Source: a virus (lineage: Duplodnaviria > Caudoviricetes). Taken from it: a DNA stretch of 42,547 bases. Every line of letters starts with the position of its first letter. Position 1 is the stretch's first letter. The position numbers were made by a program, and so were the translations under genes. The notes under the pieces are model-generated. The model was given only the letters and a program-made list of their open reading frames with translations. It did not search any database and was not told the DNA's origin. The stretch covers positions 1 to 42,547 of IMG/VR virus record IMGVR_UViG_3300037463_000059. One strand, written 5' to 3'. Positions 34,001 through 42,136 of the stretch are shown here, piece after piece.

Positions 34001-34859
34001 CGGCCGGGGAATCACCAAGACAAAGAACGGCGCGATCGACTTCGGCGAGGACCAGGAAGCGGCGGTCCGCTGGGCGATCGGCGAGGCGCTCAAGGACGGA
34101 GTCGTGTCGGGAATCTCCGACGCGGCGAAGCGGATCCTCGCCTCGGGGCAGGATCTGGAGCGGGCGATCGACAAGGCGGCGATGATCGTCGACATCCCTC
34201 GGCGGCTCGCCGCCCAGCTCGATCCCGTCGGCGCGGCGCTCGAGGCGTTCCACAAGGGCTGGGAGAAGCAGATCGCGGCCCTGAAGGAAGGCGGCGCGAC
34301 GGCCGAGGAGATGGCCGACGCGCACAGGCTCTACCGGCTCGAGCTGGAGGAGGTGAAGTCGTCGACCCGCGAGGCCTCGGCCGGGCTCAAGGACTTCCTC
34401 GCCGATCTCAATTTCGGCTCCGCCTCGCCTTATTCGCTTCGCGACCAGGAAAGGATGGCGCGCGAGGCGCTTCAGCCCTTCCTCGACCGGATCGGCTCGG
34501 GCGAGCGGATCGACCAGGAGAAGTACCAGGCGGCGGCGCGCAGCTTCCTCGATATCGAGCGCGAGCTTTACGGATCGACCGGCGATTTCTTCAAATCGAT
34601 GGACATGATCCAGGCGGCGACCGGCAAGGCTATCGCCGACATCGACAATGCGAAGCCGATCCGGACCTTCGCCGACCCGTTCATCGAGAAGACGGCGGCC
34701 AGCACCGCCGCGACCGCCAACATCGCCGACGACATGAACCAGCGTCTCGCCAATCTCGAAGGCCTGATGGGCGAGTTGCTGGCGGTGGCGAGGGGCAGCA
34801 ACGGAGCCGGATTCATCGGCGGCGGCGCGGGCTTCCTCGCCCGCTCGGCGCGAAGCTGA
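31077..34859 (+). CDS. Tape measure protein with internal M23 peptidase domain
   Basis: 1260-aa helical protein; M23 at about 32240-32600 (VTSGFGPR, HPGID, FSHLS, GNTGISTGPHLD). Confidence 0.92.
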   Translation: MATAEIIARLKLNAQHFTSELQRELGGAERRFGQTGQVIGRNISEGIGGGLQEAAARVPVVGSALSGLSGAALVGAAGVGAMVAMLGKGISEAETLAASVRQLDAATQNFNNTGLSRGDLLAFSEELEDRFAIAQEEIVKVQAELATFEGVAGTTFKNVMVAAADLSATFNTDLSSEAIKLGTVIQNLTNGDVEGLRKALKFLGTANLEAIEKLAKTGQEAEAVRRLFAELKETTGDAADARGKGVSGAMFRLADAVFDTTREFTVQSGIHSAVEKGLNDIAAAAKLTADQMKEMNELEATGTMLLWLMEGATGLVNPSAGVVGDLRRRAAAEGAKGGNLFDPMDPAERQELLDRIKAESDAMRAASDRKAGADRRRAEENAKKGVLLLPPVSGPVTSGFGPRVRPRSGASAFHPGIDYGVASGTPVRAGAAGVVVRTGTMRGLGNVVVIDYGNNIEAQFSHLSAALVKPGDIVARGQVVARSGNTGISTGPHLDYRVKEGGSYVDPRDRRFKIGDGVGNAYASFEERSAREREQADEKAARELEARRKQQEQILKTMRAQLDVDVDSVRYVDLRARGLGRLAALEEELDSIRRRGAEQLADLPDRQAELSAEIEAQARFYEEQGAALARLIQAHGDRATLTKAEAEAEAAASQAMVDALADAVSLTATAADRLRIEEAIARVKHQINGAVDDATKAEEEAKALREEALEQEAKLRKEAFDAHRDQVQDLADFYERAMRSGGKSIVEDFKDQMISSIADIAAQWTLALLSGQKVSFGSLLENMGATTGGGAQSGPMGFLSSLFGGGGGIAGAAQRAPGGGIGGGKPGGMWDGMANAMGGAGPAGGAAGEMAGMMGSIGSAMPYVGAAMAAGQMMNKILGIKDPTGGLLGPLGALFVNSFIPAKRGSATLGFDPYGELGVGSSRGNSASRIDAAKGGIGSVAEALQRVAEGLGGELTGRPSVSLGLRDGSWRGDPTGRGITKTKNGAIDFGEDQEAAVRWAIGEALKDGVVSGISDAAKRILASGQDLERAIDKAAMIVDIPRRLAAQLDPVGAALEAFHKGWEKQIAALKEGGATAEEMADAHRLYRLELEEVKSSTREASAGLKDFLADLNFGSASPYSLRDQERMAREALQPFLDRIGSGERIDQEKYQAAARSFLDIERELYGSTGDFFKSMDMIQAATGKAIADIDNAKPIRTFADPFIEKTAASTAATANIADDMNQRLANLEGLMGELLAVARGSNGAGFIGGGAGFLARSARS

Positions 34860-34869
34860 AGGAGGCTCC

Positions 34870-35232
34870 ATGCCGGCATCGACGAACGACATCGCCGCGG
34901 GCACCCGCCGGGCGAGGATCGAGACCTGGTCCGACGCCGCGCTCAAGGCGAGGATTCCGGGCGCGCGGGACGGCGGCAGCGAGCCGTCGGAAGGCTATTT
35001 CGACTCGGCCGCCGACGGCCAGGCCGTGCTCGCCTTCCGGGGCTCGCTGTTCGGCACTGAGCGCCGCCGGTTCTCGGCCGAGGCGGCGGACCTCCTCTGG
35101 CCCGATCCCGCCGCCGGCCTGCCGATCGTCCAGCTGACCGACGCCGAGCTGGCGATGAACGGCAAGACGCTGGCCGTCAGGATCGAGATCGTCCCGGAGG
35201 ATGGAGTCACGCGCTACGAGCTGTTCGGCTGA
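34870..35232 (+). CDS. Tail-tip region hypothetical protein (120 aa)
   Basis: AAGGAGG RBS; TGATG coupling to next gene. Confidence 0.8.
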   Translation: MPASTNDIAAGTRRARIETWSDAALKARIPGARDGGSEPSEGYFDSAADGQAVLAFRGSLFGTERRRFSAEAADLLWPDPAAGLPIVQLTDAELAMNGKTLAVRIEIVPEDGVTRYELFG

Positions 35233-36044
35233 TGGGGAAAGCCCTGGTCCTGAGGCCGCTGGCGATCGCCGCGGCGAGCGCGGACAGCAGCGCCGCCGGC
35301 CATTTGCCGGCCTATGCCGTGAACGACCATGCCGGGATCGTCTGGAAGAGCTTCGGCGGGGCCTCGGCCGACGCGCTCAACCTCGACCTCGGCGCCGGCA
35401 ATGCCAAGGCGATCGACCTGGCGCTGTTCTTCGGCTGCACCGGAGCGACGACATCGTGGCAGCTGAGCGTCGCGGCGCTGAACGACGACCTCAGCGTGGC
35501 CTGGGCCTCGGCCTCGGCCCAGTTCCTCGCCGGATCGACCCCGCCGAGCCACGGCCGCGGCGTCGGCTACTGGCGCGCCGACCCGGCAAGCCCGCCGCCG
35601 GCCAAGCGCCACTGGCGGTTCACCTTCTCGAACCTAGGCGGAGCGCAGGTGACGATCGCCCGGGCCGCGATCGGCCAGGCGATCGCGCTCGAGCGCAATT
35701 TCGCCTTCGGCGCGGCCTTCGGGGTGCGCGACCTCGGACGGGTCGAATTCTCGCCCATGGCGGCGCTGCTGAGGCGGCGGGCGGCGAGGCTCCGGGTCCT
35801 CGGTCTCAGCTTCCCCGCCGTCCGCAAGGACGAGGCGGAGGGGAAGATCCAGCCCTTGCTCGAGCTCAGCGCCGGGCAGGAGCCGATCGCGCTGGTGACC
35901 GACCCGGACGCGCACGCGCTCCGGCAGCAGCGCTGCTGGATGGGCTGGCTCGAGGGCGAGCTTGGAACCGTCTGGCCGAGGCCGTCGGGTTTCGAGTGGC
36001 GGGCGAACCTCGTCGATATGATCCCGATCCCCAAGGCGGTCTGA
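35232..36044 (+). CDS. Putative distal tail / minor tail protein (270 aa)
   Basis: Beta-rich ORF after tape measure. Confidence 0.7.
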   Translation: MGKALVLRPLAIAAASADSSAAGHLPAYAVNDHAGIVWKSFGGASADALNLDLGAGNAKAIDLALFFGCTGATTSWQLSVAALNDDLSVAWASASAQFLAGSTPPSHGRGVGYWRADPASPPPAKRHWRFTFSNLGGAQVTIARAAIGQAIALERNFAFGAAFGVRDLGRVEFSPMAALLRRRAARLRVLGLSFPAVRKDEAEGKIQPLLELSAGQEPIALVTDPDAHALRQQRCWMGWLEGELGTVWPRPSGFEWRANLVDMIPIPKAV

Positions 36045-36045
36045 G

Positions 36046-39000
36046 ATGCTCGCCTGCCTGGTAAGGATCGACGCCTGGGATCCCGTCGCCGGCGCGGCCG
36101 TGACGCTCTACGCGACCAATGCCAATGACGACCGGGTCTGTCATCTCGACGCCGGGAGCCAGGGGCCGTGGTGGCCGGCGGTGAAGGCGCTTCCGCCGCT
36201 TCGCTACGACCTGATCGACGCGGGCTTCAGCGGGCGGATCGAGACTCCGGGCTCGAGCTTCGAGATGGCGATCGAGCCCTGGCCGAATTTCGGGCGCTAC
36301 GCTTTGGCGGACGCGCGCATCCGGCTTTGGTTCGGCGAGCCGGGCTCCGCCTTTGCCGCCTATGCGCTTCGCTTCGACGGGCGGGTGACGGAGCAGCCGT
36401 CCATCGCCGAGGGCATGGCGGGGATCGGCTTCGCCGTCGACGATCGCTGGCTCGATACGCCCTTGCTGCCGCTCTATGCGGGCACGGGCGGGGCCGAAGG
36501 GCCGGCGGCGCTGAAGGGGCAACCCAAGCCGCTCGCGATCGGGGCACCGCGCTACGGCCCGCCGGTTCCGATCGACAGCGTAAACAACGTCTTCCAGCTG
36601 TCGGCCCATGAGATGGAGGGGGTCGAGACGGCGTTCGAGCGGCTTCTGGCGTTCGAGCCGAGCGTCGGCGACCATTCGAGCTATGCGGCTCTCGTCGCCG
36701 CAACCGTCCCTCCGGGCAAGTGGGCGAGCGCCAAGGCGGTTGGGCTGGTCCGGCACGGCGCGCCGCCCGCTGGCCGTCTGTCCTACCACATCAAGGGCGA
36801 CAAGGCGGGCCCGGACGGCTGGGTCCGGCTGCCGGGATCGGCGATCCGGCGGCTCGCGTTGCTCGCCGGCGGCGCGGGCAGGATCCACGACGCCTCGCTG
36901 ACGGCGCTCAACGCCTCGCGGCCCTACAATATCAGCTGGCACAGGCGCGAGCAGATCACGGCGCGCGAGGCGATCCAGCGGATCGCGGCCAGCGTCAACG
37001 CGGTGATGGGGGTGAGCTGGCTCGGCCAGATGTTCGTCGTCCCGCTGCCGACGCTGAGCGGAGCGGCGACGATCACGCTCGATTCGAGCGGCGCCTCGCT
37101 GCCGATGGTCCGCAAGGTCGAGCAGATCGAGACCGATCCCCCCTACTGGCGGATGGCGATCGAGACCGAGGTGACCGAGGAGGTGCACCGGCTGGACGAA
37201 GTGGCGGGAAGCTTCGTCGACCGGGGGACATGGCTTTCGACCGAGAGCTACCGCGAAGGCCATATCGTCCAGCACCAGTCCATGGCCTGGCTCTATGTCG
37301 GCGCGGCGCCCTCGACCGGCAACGCGCCGCCGACCCTGCCGTCGAGCTCGAACGCCTGGTGGCGGGCGCTCGATCCGAGGCTCGCCGGGATGGCGACGGG
37401 CGCGACGCGCAACGTCGTCTACCGGCAAGTCCCGGATCCGCGCGGGACGAATTCGATCAACCCGCACGACATCTGGATCGAGCTGGTCTCGCCGATGCGG
37501 GTCTGGGTCGATATCGGCGGCTCGTGGCAGACGGCGGCCAATTACGTCACGACGGGCAGCGACATCGGAGTCGAGAACGGCGCGACCCGGAACAATCTGT
37601 ACCGCCAATCGACCGCCCCAGGTGGCGTCGTCGACGGCGCCTTCTGGACGGATACGAGCGTCACGCCCAACGTGCTGCGGCAGCGCCGGTCCGGAGCCTG
37701 GGAGCTGGTCGCCAATCTGGTCACGCAGGGGACGGACATCGGAGTCGCCAACAATGCGGGGACGACGCTCGCCCCGTTCGTCACGCTCGGCTCGGCGTCC
37801 TCGACCCGTCTTCTCGCCAACAGCGTCGAGAGCCTGGTCTACGACGCCTGGAACGTCTTCTACGCTCCGGATCGCTTTCCCCGGCATGCGCAGCTCCGGT
37901 TCCAGGTGTCGGGCTTCGCGGGAGGGTTCTCCGGGATCATCTCGCTGCAGCCGGGCGCGCTTCCGGGGAGCAACGGCGACCCGAACGGCTACAGCAGCGC
38001 CCATGGCTGGTATTTCGCCGGGAACCTTCTTTACGGGCTGTGGGTCGCCAACGTCGGCTTCGTCACCCTCAACCGGGCAATCAGCGCCGGCGCGGTCTAT
38101 TCGACCACGATCGACAACGACAAGGTGCGTTTCTTCGAGGGCACGACAGAGCTGGGGGCGACGGGCGGATATCCGGTCTACTGGCGGGACGCCGACTGGC
38201 ATATCGCAGGGCAGCTGCTCGGGCCGGGGCCCAGGTTCTACAATATCCAGGCGGCGCCTTATACCGACAATTACGCCGACAGCATCGTCGAGAGCGCTAC
38301 AAAGAAATGGGCAGGCGAAACGGGGGCCGACATCGCTGCCGATCCAGTTGGACAGGCCATCATCGAGATCGCTGCGGACCATACCGGGGTTCCCAAGGCG
38401 GGCGAGTTGCCTAAGACCGTCCCCTACAAGTTGTTCAGGTTCGGCGCTCAGGTAACCAGCGGAGCCACATGGGTCAGGATCGCGCTATCCGGCAACGTGA
38501 CCACGTCGATCAGCGGCACGGGTACCGGGACACTGGAGATCAGCGGCCCTAACAATGCGTCGTTGAGCGATGAGAGCGAAGTCCGGATCGTTGCCCAGCC
38601 TTCAAGCGGGTCACCGCGCTATCTCGATGTCAAGATCAAGCGAGTGAAAGACTCGCCGCCCACGGGAAGCACGGGAGGGTCGGGCAACCCGGGCACGACG
38701 GCGTCAACATCGACCATTGCGACGATAAGCTCGACATCGCACGGCGTCATCGCCGGCCCGATCCGGGTCAAGGCGGGAACCGGCGGCCAGATACGCTGCA
38801 CCTTCCCGGCCAGCTTCAAGAGGACCTCGGCGTCGACGGGTCAGACAGGCGAGCTCGCCAAGGTGCAGTGGAGCGCGGTCGGCGGGGTGATGGCCGACGT
38901 CGTGGCGGAGACGGCGTCCTCGTCCAATGCCGAGACGACCAACAATCCCGGCGACCCGACGATGCAGATGGCGGGGTCGATCAATGTCGACGTGACGCTG

Positions 39001-39120
39001 ACGGGCCGGACCAGCGGGGTCGAATATGACGTCCAGCTGCTCGGACGGAAGAGCGACGTCAGCGGCACGGCGTCGAGCATCTACACGCCGAGCGGCACCT
39101 TCACCGCGACCGGGAGCTGA
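36046..39120 (+). CDS. Tail tip / host-recognition protein (1024 aa)
   Basis: YAGTGGAEG...LKGQPKPLAIG hub-like N-terminus; CBM5/12-like GTWLSTESYREGHIVQHQ; two ~60-aa internal repeats; Ser/Thr/Gly-rich C-terminus. Confidence 0.85.
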   Translation: MLACLVRIDAWDPVAGAAVTLYATNANDDRVCHLDAGSQGPWWPAVKALPPLRYDLIDAGFSGRIETPGSSFEMAIEPWPNFGRYALADARIRLWFGEPGSAFAAYALRFDGRVTEQPSIAEGMAGIGFAVDDRWLDTPLLPLYAGTGGAEGPAALKGQPKPLAIGAPRYGPPVPIDSVNNVFQLSAHEMEGVETAFERLLAFEPSVGDHSSYAALVAATVPPGKWASAKAVGLVRHGAPPAGRLSYHIKGDKAGPDGWVRLPGSAIRRLALLAGGAGRIHDASLTALNASRPYNISWHRREQITAREAIQRIAASVNAVMGVSWLGQMFVVPLPTLSGAATITLDSSGASLPMVRKVEQIETDPPYWRMAIETEVTEEVHRLDEVAGSFVDRGTWLSTESYREGHIVQHQSMAWLYVGAAPSTGNAPPTLPSSSNAWWRALDPRLAGMATGATRNVVYRQVPDPRGTNSINPHDIWIELVSPMRVWVDIGGSWQTAANYVTTGSDIGVENGATRNNLYRQSTAPGGVVDGAFWTDTSVTPNVLRQRRSGAWELVANLVTQGTDIGVANNAGTTLAPFVTLGSASSTRLLANSVESLVYDAWNVFYAPDRFPRHAQLRFQVSGFAGGFSGIISLQPGALPGSNGDPNGYSSAHGWYFAGNLLYGLWVANVGFVTLNRAISAGAVYSTTIDNDKVRFFEGTTELGATGGYPVYWRDADWHIAGQLLGPGPRFYNIQAAPYTDNYADSIVESATKKWAGETGADIAADPVGQAIIEIAADHTGVPKAGELPKTVPYKLFRFGAQVTSGATWVRIALSGNVTTSISGTGTGTLEISGPNNASLSDESEVRIVAQPSSGSPRYLDVKIKRVKDSPPTGSTGGSGNPGTTASTSTIATISSTSHGVIAGPIRVKAGTGGQIRCTFPASFKRTSASTGQTGELAKVQWSAVGGVMADVVAETASSSNAETTNNPGDPTMQMAGSINVDVTLTGRTSGVEYDVQLLGRKSDVSGTASSIYTPSGTFTATGS

Positions 39121-39123
39121 GCC

Positions 39124-39684
39124 GTGGATGAGCTTCCGCGCTTCGCGCATATCGACGCCGAGGGTCGGCTGATCTCCTATGTCTTCAAGCAGGCCGGGAT
39201 ACCCGAGGAACATCTTCCGGTGGTGGCCTTGCCGTCGGACTTCTGGCAGCGCGGCTTCTACCGCTGGAACGGGGTGGAGTTCGAGGACGATCTCGAGGCG
39301 GCGCGCGCCTTGATTTGGGGAAGGGTGAAGGCGGCGCGCGACGCGCGGACCGTAGCGGGCTGCGAGACCCCGCTCGGCCCGATCGATACCGATTCCGCGA
39401 GCCAGGCGAAGGTGAACGGGGCGGTGACCCTGGCGATTCTCGCCCGGCTCGCGAACCGGCCCTTCAGCATCGACTGGACCATGGCCGACAACGTCGTCCG
39501 AACCCACGACGCCGGAGCCATGATCGCCGCCGGTTCGGCGGTGGGGCTCCATATCGCGGCCTGTCACGAAGTCGGACGGGCGCTTCGCGATCGGGTGGAG
39601 GCGGCCACGTCCGTGGTCGAGCTGCTGGCCATCGACGTCGAAGCGGCGCCCTGGCCGGGCAGGCTGCAGGCCGTCGAGGAATGA
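39124..39684 (+). CDS. DUF4376-like tail fibre-associated protein
   Basis: VKAARDAR...IDTDSASQAKVNGA...IDWTMADN. Confidence 0.85.
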   Translation: MDELPRFAHIDAEGRLISYVFKQAGIPEEHLPVVALPSDFWQRGFYRWNGVEFEDDLEAARALIWGRVKAARDARTVAGCETPLGPIDTDSASQAKVNGAVTLAILARLANRPFSIDWTMADNVVRTHDAGAMIAAGSAVGLHIAACHEVGRALRDRVEAATSVVELLAIDVEAAPWPGRLQAVEE

Positions 39685-39734
39685 AGATTACGTCCGTGGC
39701 GGACGGGGAAGCGCTTGTCGGCGGGAAGGGGTGA
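39681..39734 (+). CDS. 17-codon linker mini-ORF
   Basis: ATGA overlap with upstream stop; ends 4 nt before GTG 39739. Confidence 0.3.
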   Translation: MKITSVADGEALVGGKG

Positions 39735-39738
39735 GGGC

Positions 39739-40380
39739 GTGGATCAGTTGCCGGCGGTGGCCATCGTCTCGATCGTCTCCGCCTTGGTCGGCGGCGGGGT
39801 CTGGAGCTTCGCCTCGGCATGGCTGTCCCACGTCTTCCGCCGCGGCGAGCGTGACGAGGACCGCCGGGAGCGGGAGCATCGCGAGTGCCTGACCGAGCTC
39901 GCGGTGCTCAAGACCCGGCTTGATGCGCTCGAGCACCATCACGCCAGCCTGGTGCCGCGCTGGATCAAGGATTCGGGCAAGCGAATCCGGTGGATCAACG
40001 GAGCGGCGATGCTCGCCATCTTCGGGCCGCTCCGCAAGACTCGGGACGAGGTCGAGGGGCGGACCTTCGCCGATCTGCTCGACATGGAAGCGGCCCGCGA
40101 GATCGACCGGCTCGACCGGTCGGCGCTGGCCCGGCCGGGAAGGGCGGTCAGCACGCTGCTGCAGCTCCATCCGGCACTGCCGGCGATGCACATCGTCAAG
40201 GTGGCCGGGGTCGGGCGCGACAACGAGCTGATCTACGAAGGCTATGCCTATTGCACCAACGACCCCGCGGATCTGTGGGACCGCGGGGCGAGGCGCCAGG
40301 AAGAACAGACCGGCCTTTCCCGGCTCCGGATGCAGGGGCCGGCCGAGGACGCGACCGACCCGCCGGAGACGGCCGGCTAG
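39739..40380 (+). CDS. Single-TM, coiled-coil, PAS-like domain protein at head of lysis cassette
   Basis: TM AVAIVSIVSALVGGGVWSFASAWL; PAS_4-like PRWIKD...RIRWINGA...FG...DEVEGRTFADLL..EAA..IDRLDR.AL. Confidence 0.8.
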   Translation: MDQLPAVAIVSIVSALVGGGVWSFASAWLSHVFRRGERDEDRREREHRECLTELAVLKTRLDALEHHHASLVPRWIKDSGKRIRWINGAAMLAIFGPLRKTRDEVEGRTFADLLDMEAAREIDRLDRSALARPGRAVSTLLQLHPALPAMHIVKVAGVGRDNELIYEGYAYCTNDPADLWDRGARRQEEQTGLSRLRMQGPAEDATDPPETAG

Positions 40381-40397
40381 CCGACAGGAGGAAGTGG

Positions 40398-41054
40398 ATG
40401 GCAAGGTTCGACCCGCGGGTGCGGGACCTGCAGGTGCGCCTGCGCGAGAGGGGGCACGACATCGCGGCCGACGGGCTGTTCGGGCCCCGGACGCTCAATG
40501 CCGCTCTGGCGGCGCTGGGAGGGCCCGTGGAGCCCGCCGGCGGGGCGTCTGGCCCGGCCGGGCCTGCCGCCGCTGGCGAGCCTCCCTGGCTGCCCGTGGC
40601 CCGGTCGCTGCTGGGGACGCGGGAGATCCCCGGACCGAAGCATTCGTCCTTCATCGCCGAGGGATGGTCGCGGCTCGGGGCTCCCTGGTTCAACGACGAC
40701 GAGACGCCCTGGTGCGGATTTTTCGTCGCCCACTGCCTGCAGGAGGTCGGAATCGCCATTCCCGGCAAGGGCCTGTTCGCCCGCGCCCGCGCCTGGCTGG
40801 ACTGGGGAACCGCCTGTTCGCCCATGGTCGGAGCCGTCGCCGTGTTCGGCCGCGACGGCGGCGGCCATGTCGGCTTCGTCGTCGGCGAGAGCTCCGCGCA
40901 TTACTACGTCCTCGGCGGCAACCAGTCGAACATGGTCAGCATCGCGCCGATCGCGAAGGCCCGATCGCTCGGCTTCCGCTGGCCGGGCGCTCCGCCGCCG
41001 GCCGCGCCGCTGCCGGCGATGTCGGGCGGGGCCGTGTCGCGGGACGAAGCGTGA
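40398..41054 (+). CDS. Endolysin: peptidoglycan-binding domain plus TIGR02594 (NlpC/P60-like) domain
   Basis: AGGAGG RBS; LQVRL...ADGLFGPRT; PPWL, DDETPWCG, GGHVGFV, VLGGNQSN. Confidence 0.92.
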   Translation: MARFDPRVRDLQVRLRERGHDIAADGLFGPRTLNAALAALGGPVEPAGGASGPAGPAAAGEPPWLPVARSLLGTREIPGPKHSSFIAEGWSRLGAPWFNDDETPWCGFFVAHCLQEVGIAIPGKGLFARARAWLDWGTACSPMVGAVAVFGRDGGGHVGFVVGESSAHYYVLGGNQSNMVSIAPIAKARSLGFRWPGAPPPAAPLPAMSGGAVSRDEA

Positions 41055-41347
41055 TGGACGCCGAGGCTCCCCAGGTCGCGATCGAGACCGCCGAGAGGGT
41101 CAACGTCCCCGCCCAGGGCGGCCACCTGCCCTACGTCAAGGTGATCGCGGGGGTGACGTTCATCGTCCTCGGTGCCTTCGCGGCCGTCACGATCTACGTC
41201 CTCACCGCGGATCCGGCGAGCGGCATCGACGCCGCGACCAAGGGCTCGGTGATCCAGACCTGGAACAATCTCGCCATCGCCGCCGCGACCTTCTGGGTGG
41301 GCTCGTCGCTCGCCGGGAAGATGGCTTCGGCGCCGCCCAAGCCCTGA
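41054..41347 (+). CDS. Holin-like membrane protein (97 aa)
   Basis: TGATG overlap; two hydrophobic segments ending FWVGSS. Confidence 0.75.
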   Translation: MDAEAPQVAIETAERVNVPAQGGHLPYVKVIAGVTFIVLGAFAAVTIYVLTADPASGIDAATKGSVIQTWNNLAIAAATFWVGSSLAGKMASAPPKP

Positions 41348-41357
41348 TCCGAGGAGA

Positions 41358-42131
41358 ATGACGATGTTCAGGCCGATCCTCTGTGCGCTATCGGCAGCTC
41401 TCCTGCTCGCGGCCTGCGAGGGCGGCAGCAGGGAAAACATGACCGCCTCGACCTGCGGAACCGTGCCGAATCCGAGCGGCATGATGAACGCCGCCTCCGT
41501 GTTCATCGGGCCCGACCTCCCCAAGTGGGGCAACCAGTCGCCGGGAATGCCGACTCATCCGACGCCGGCCGAAGGCGGGGGCTGGCATTTCGACGTGCCG
41601 ATCGGCGTGGATCGGCCGCTCGAGACCGGCCCGCGCAAGTCCATCCCCAAGGTAGATTACGTAACCTTCAACCACGGCCCGCTCAGCGGCAAGACTCAGA
41701 TTCGGCTGCGCTACAGGCTCGACCTGGAGCCCGGCGCCGAAGTGCGGGCCGTTCCCGAACAGGATCCGCTCGGCCGCTGGCCAGCGCTAATGACCGTCTA
41801 TTTCCAGCGCAAGGGCGACAACTGGTCCGCGCAGGGCAGGTACGACACGTACCGCTGGTATGCCTCGGCCCACGACGTCAAGCTCGAGGCGGGCGAGTAC
41901 CAGCTGGTCGTTCCGCTCAACGAGGGCTGGACCTCCGCCAACCGGTCGACCGACGGCTCGGCCGTGAGCGCCAACCCTACCCTCGTTCCCGACCCGGCAG
42001 GCTTCAACGCCGCCAAGGCCGATACGGGCTGCGTCGGAATCGTCTTCGGAGGAAACGAGGTCGGCCGAAGCCACGGCATGCGCGCCACCGGCCCGGCCCG
42101 GTTCACCCTGCTCGATTTCAAGACGGAGTAA
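41358..42131 (+). CDS. Lipoprotein with beta-rich domain inserted in lysis cassette
   Basis: GAGGAG RBS; lipobox LAAC; aromatic-rich beta-sandwich-like body. Confidence 0.85.
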   Translation: MTMFRPILCALSAALLLAACEGGSRENMTASTCGTVPNPSGMMNAASVFIGPDLPKWGNQSPGMPTHPTPAEGGGWHFDVPIGVDRPLETGPRKSIPKVDYVTFNHGPLSGKTQIRLRYRLDLEPGAEVRAVPEQDPLGRWPALMTVYFQRKGDNWSAQGRYDTYRWYASAHDVKLEAGEYQLVVPLNEGWTSANRSTDGSAVSANPTLVPDPAGFNAAKADTGCVGIVFGGNEVGRSHGMRATGPARFTLLDFKTE

Positions 42132-42136
42132 CGGCC

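Noticed and set aside
31994-35137. 1047-aa plus-strand alternate-frame ORF
   Set aside because: Arg/Gly/Pro-rich off-frame reading of the tape measure
36046-39684. Diversity-generating retroelement or invertible tail fibre
   Set aside because: No reverse transcriptase, recombinase or template/variable repeat pair seen
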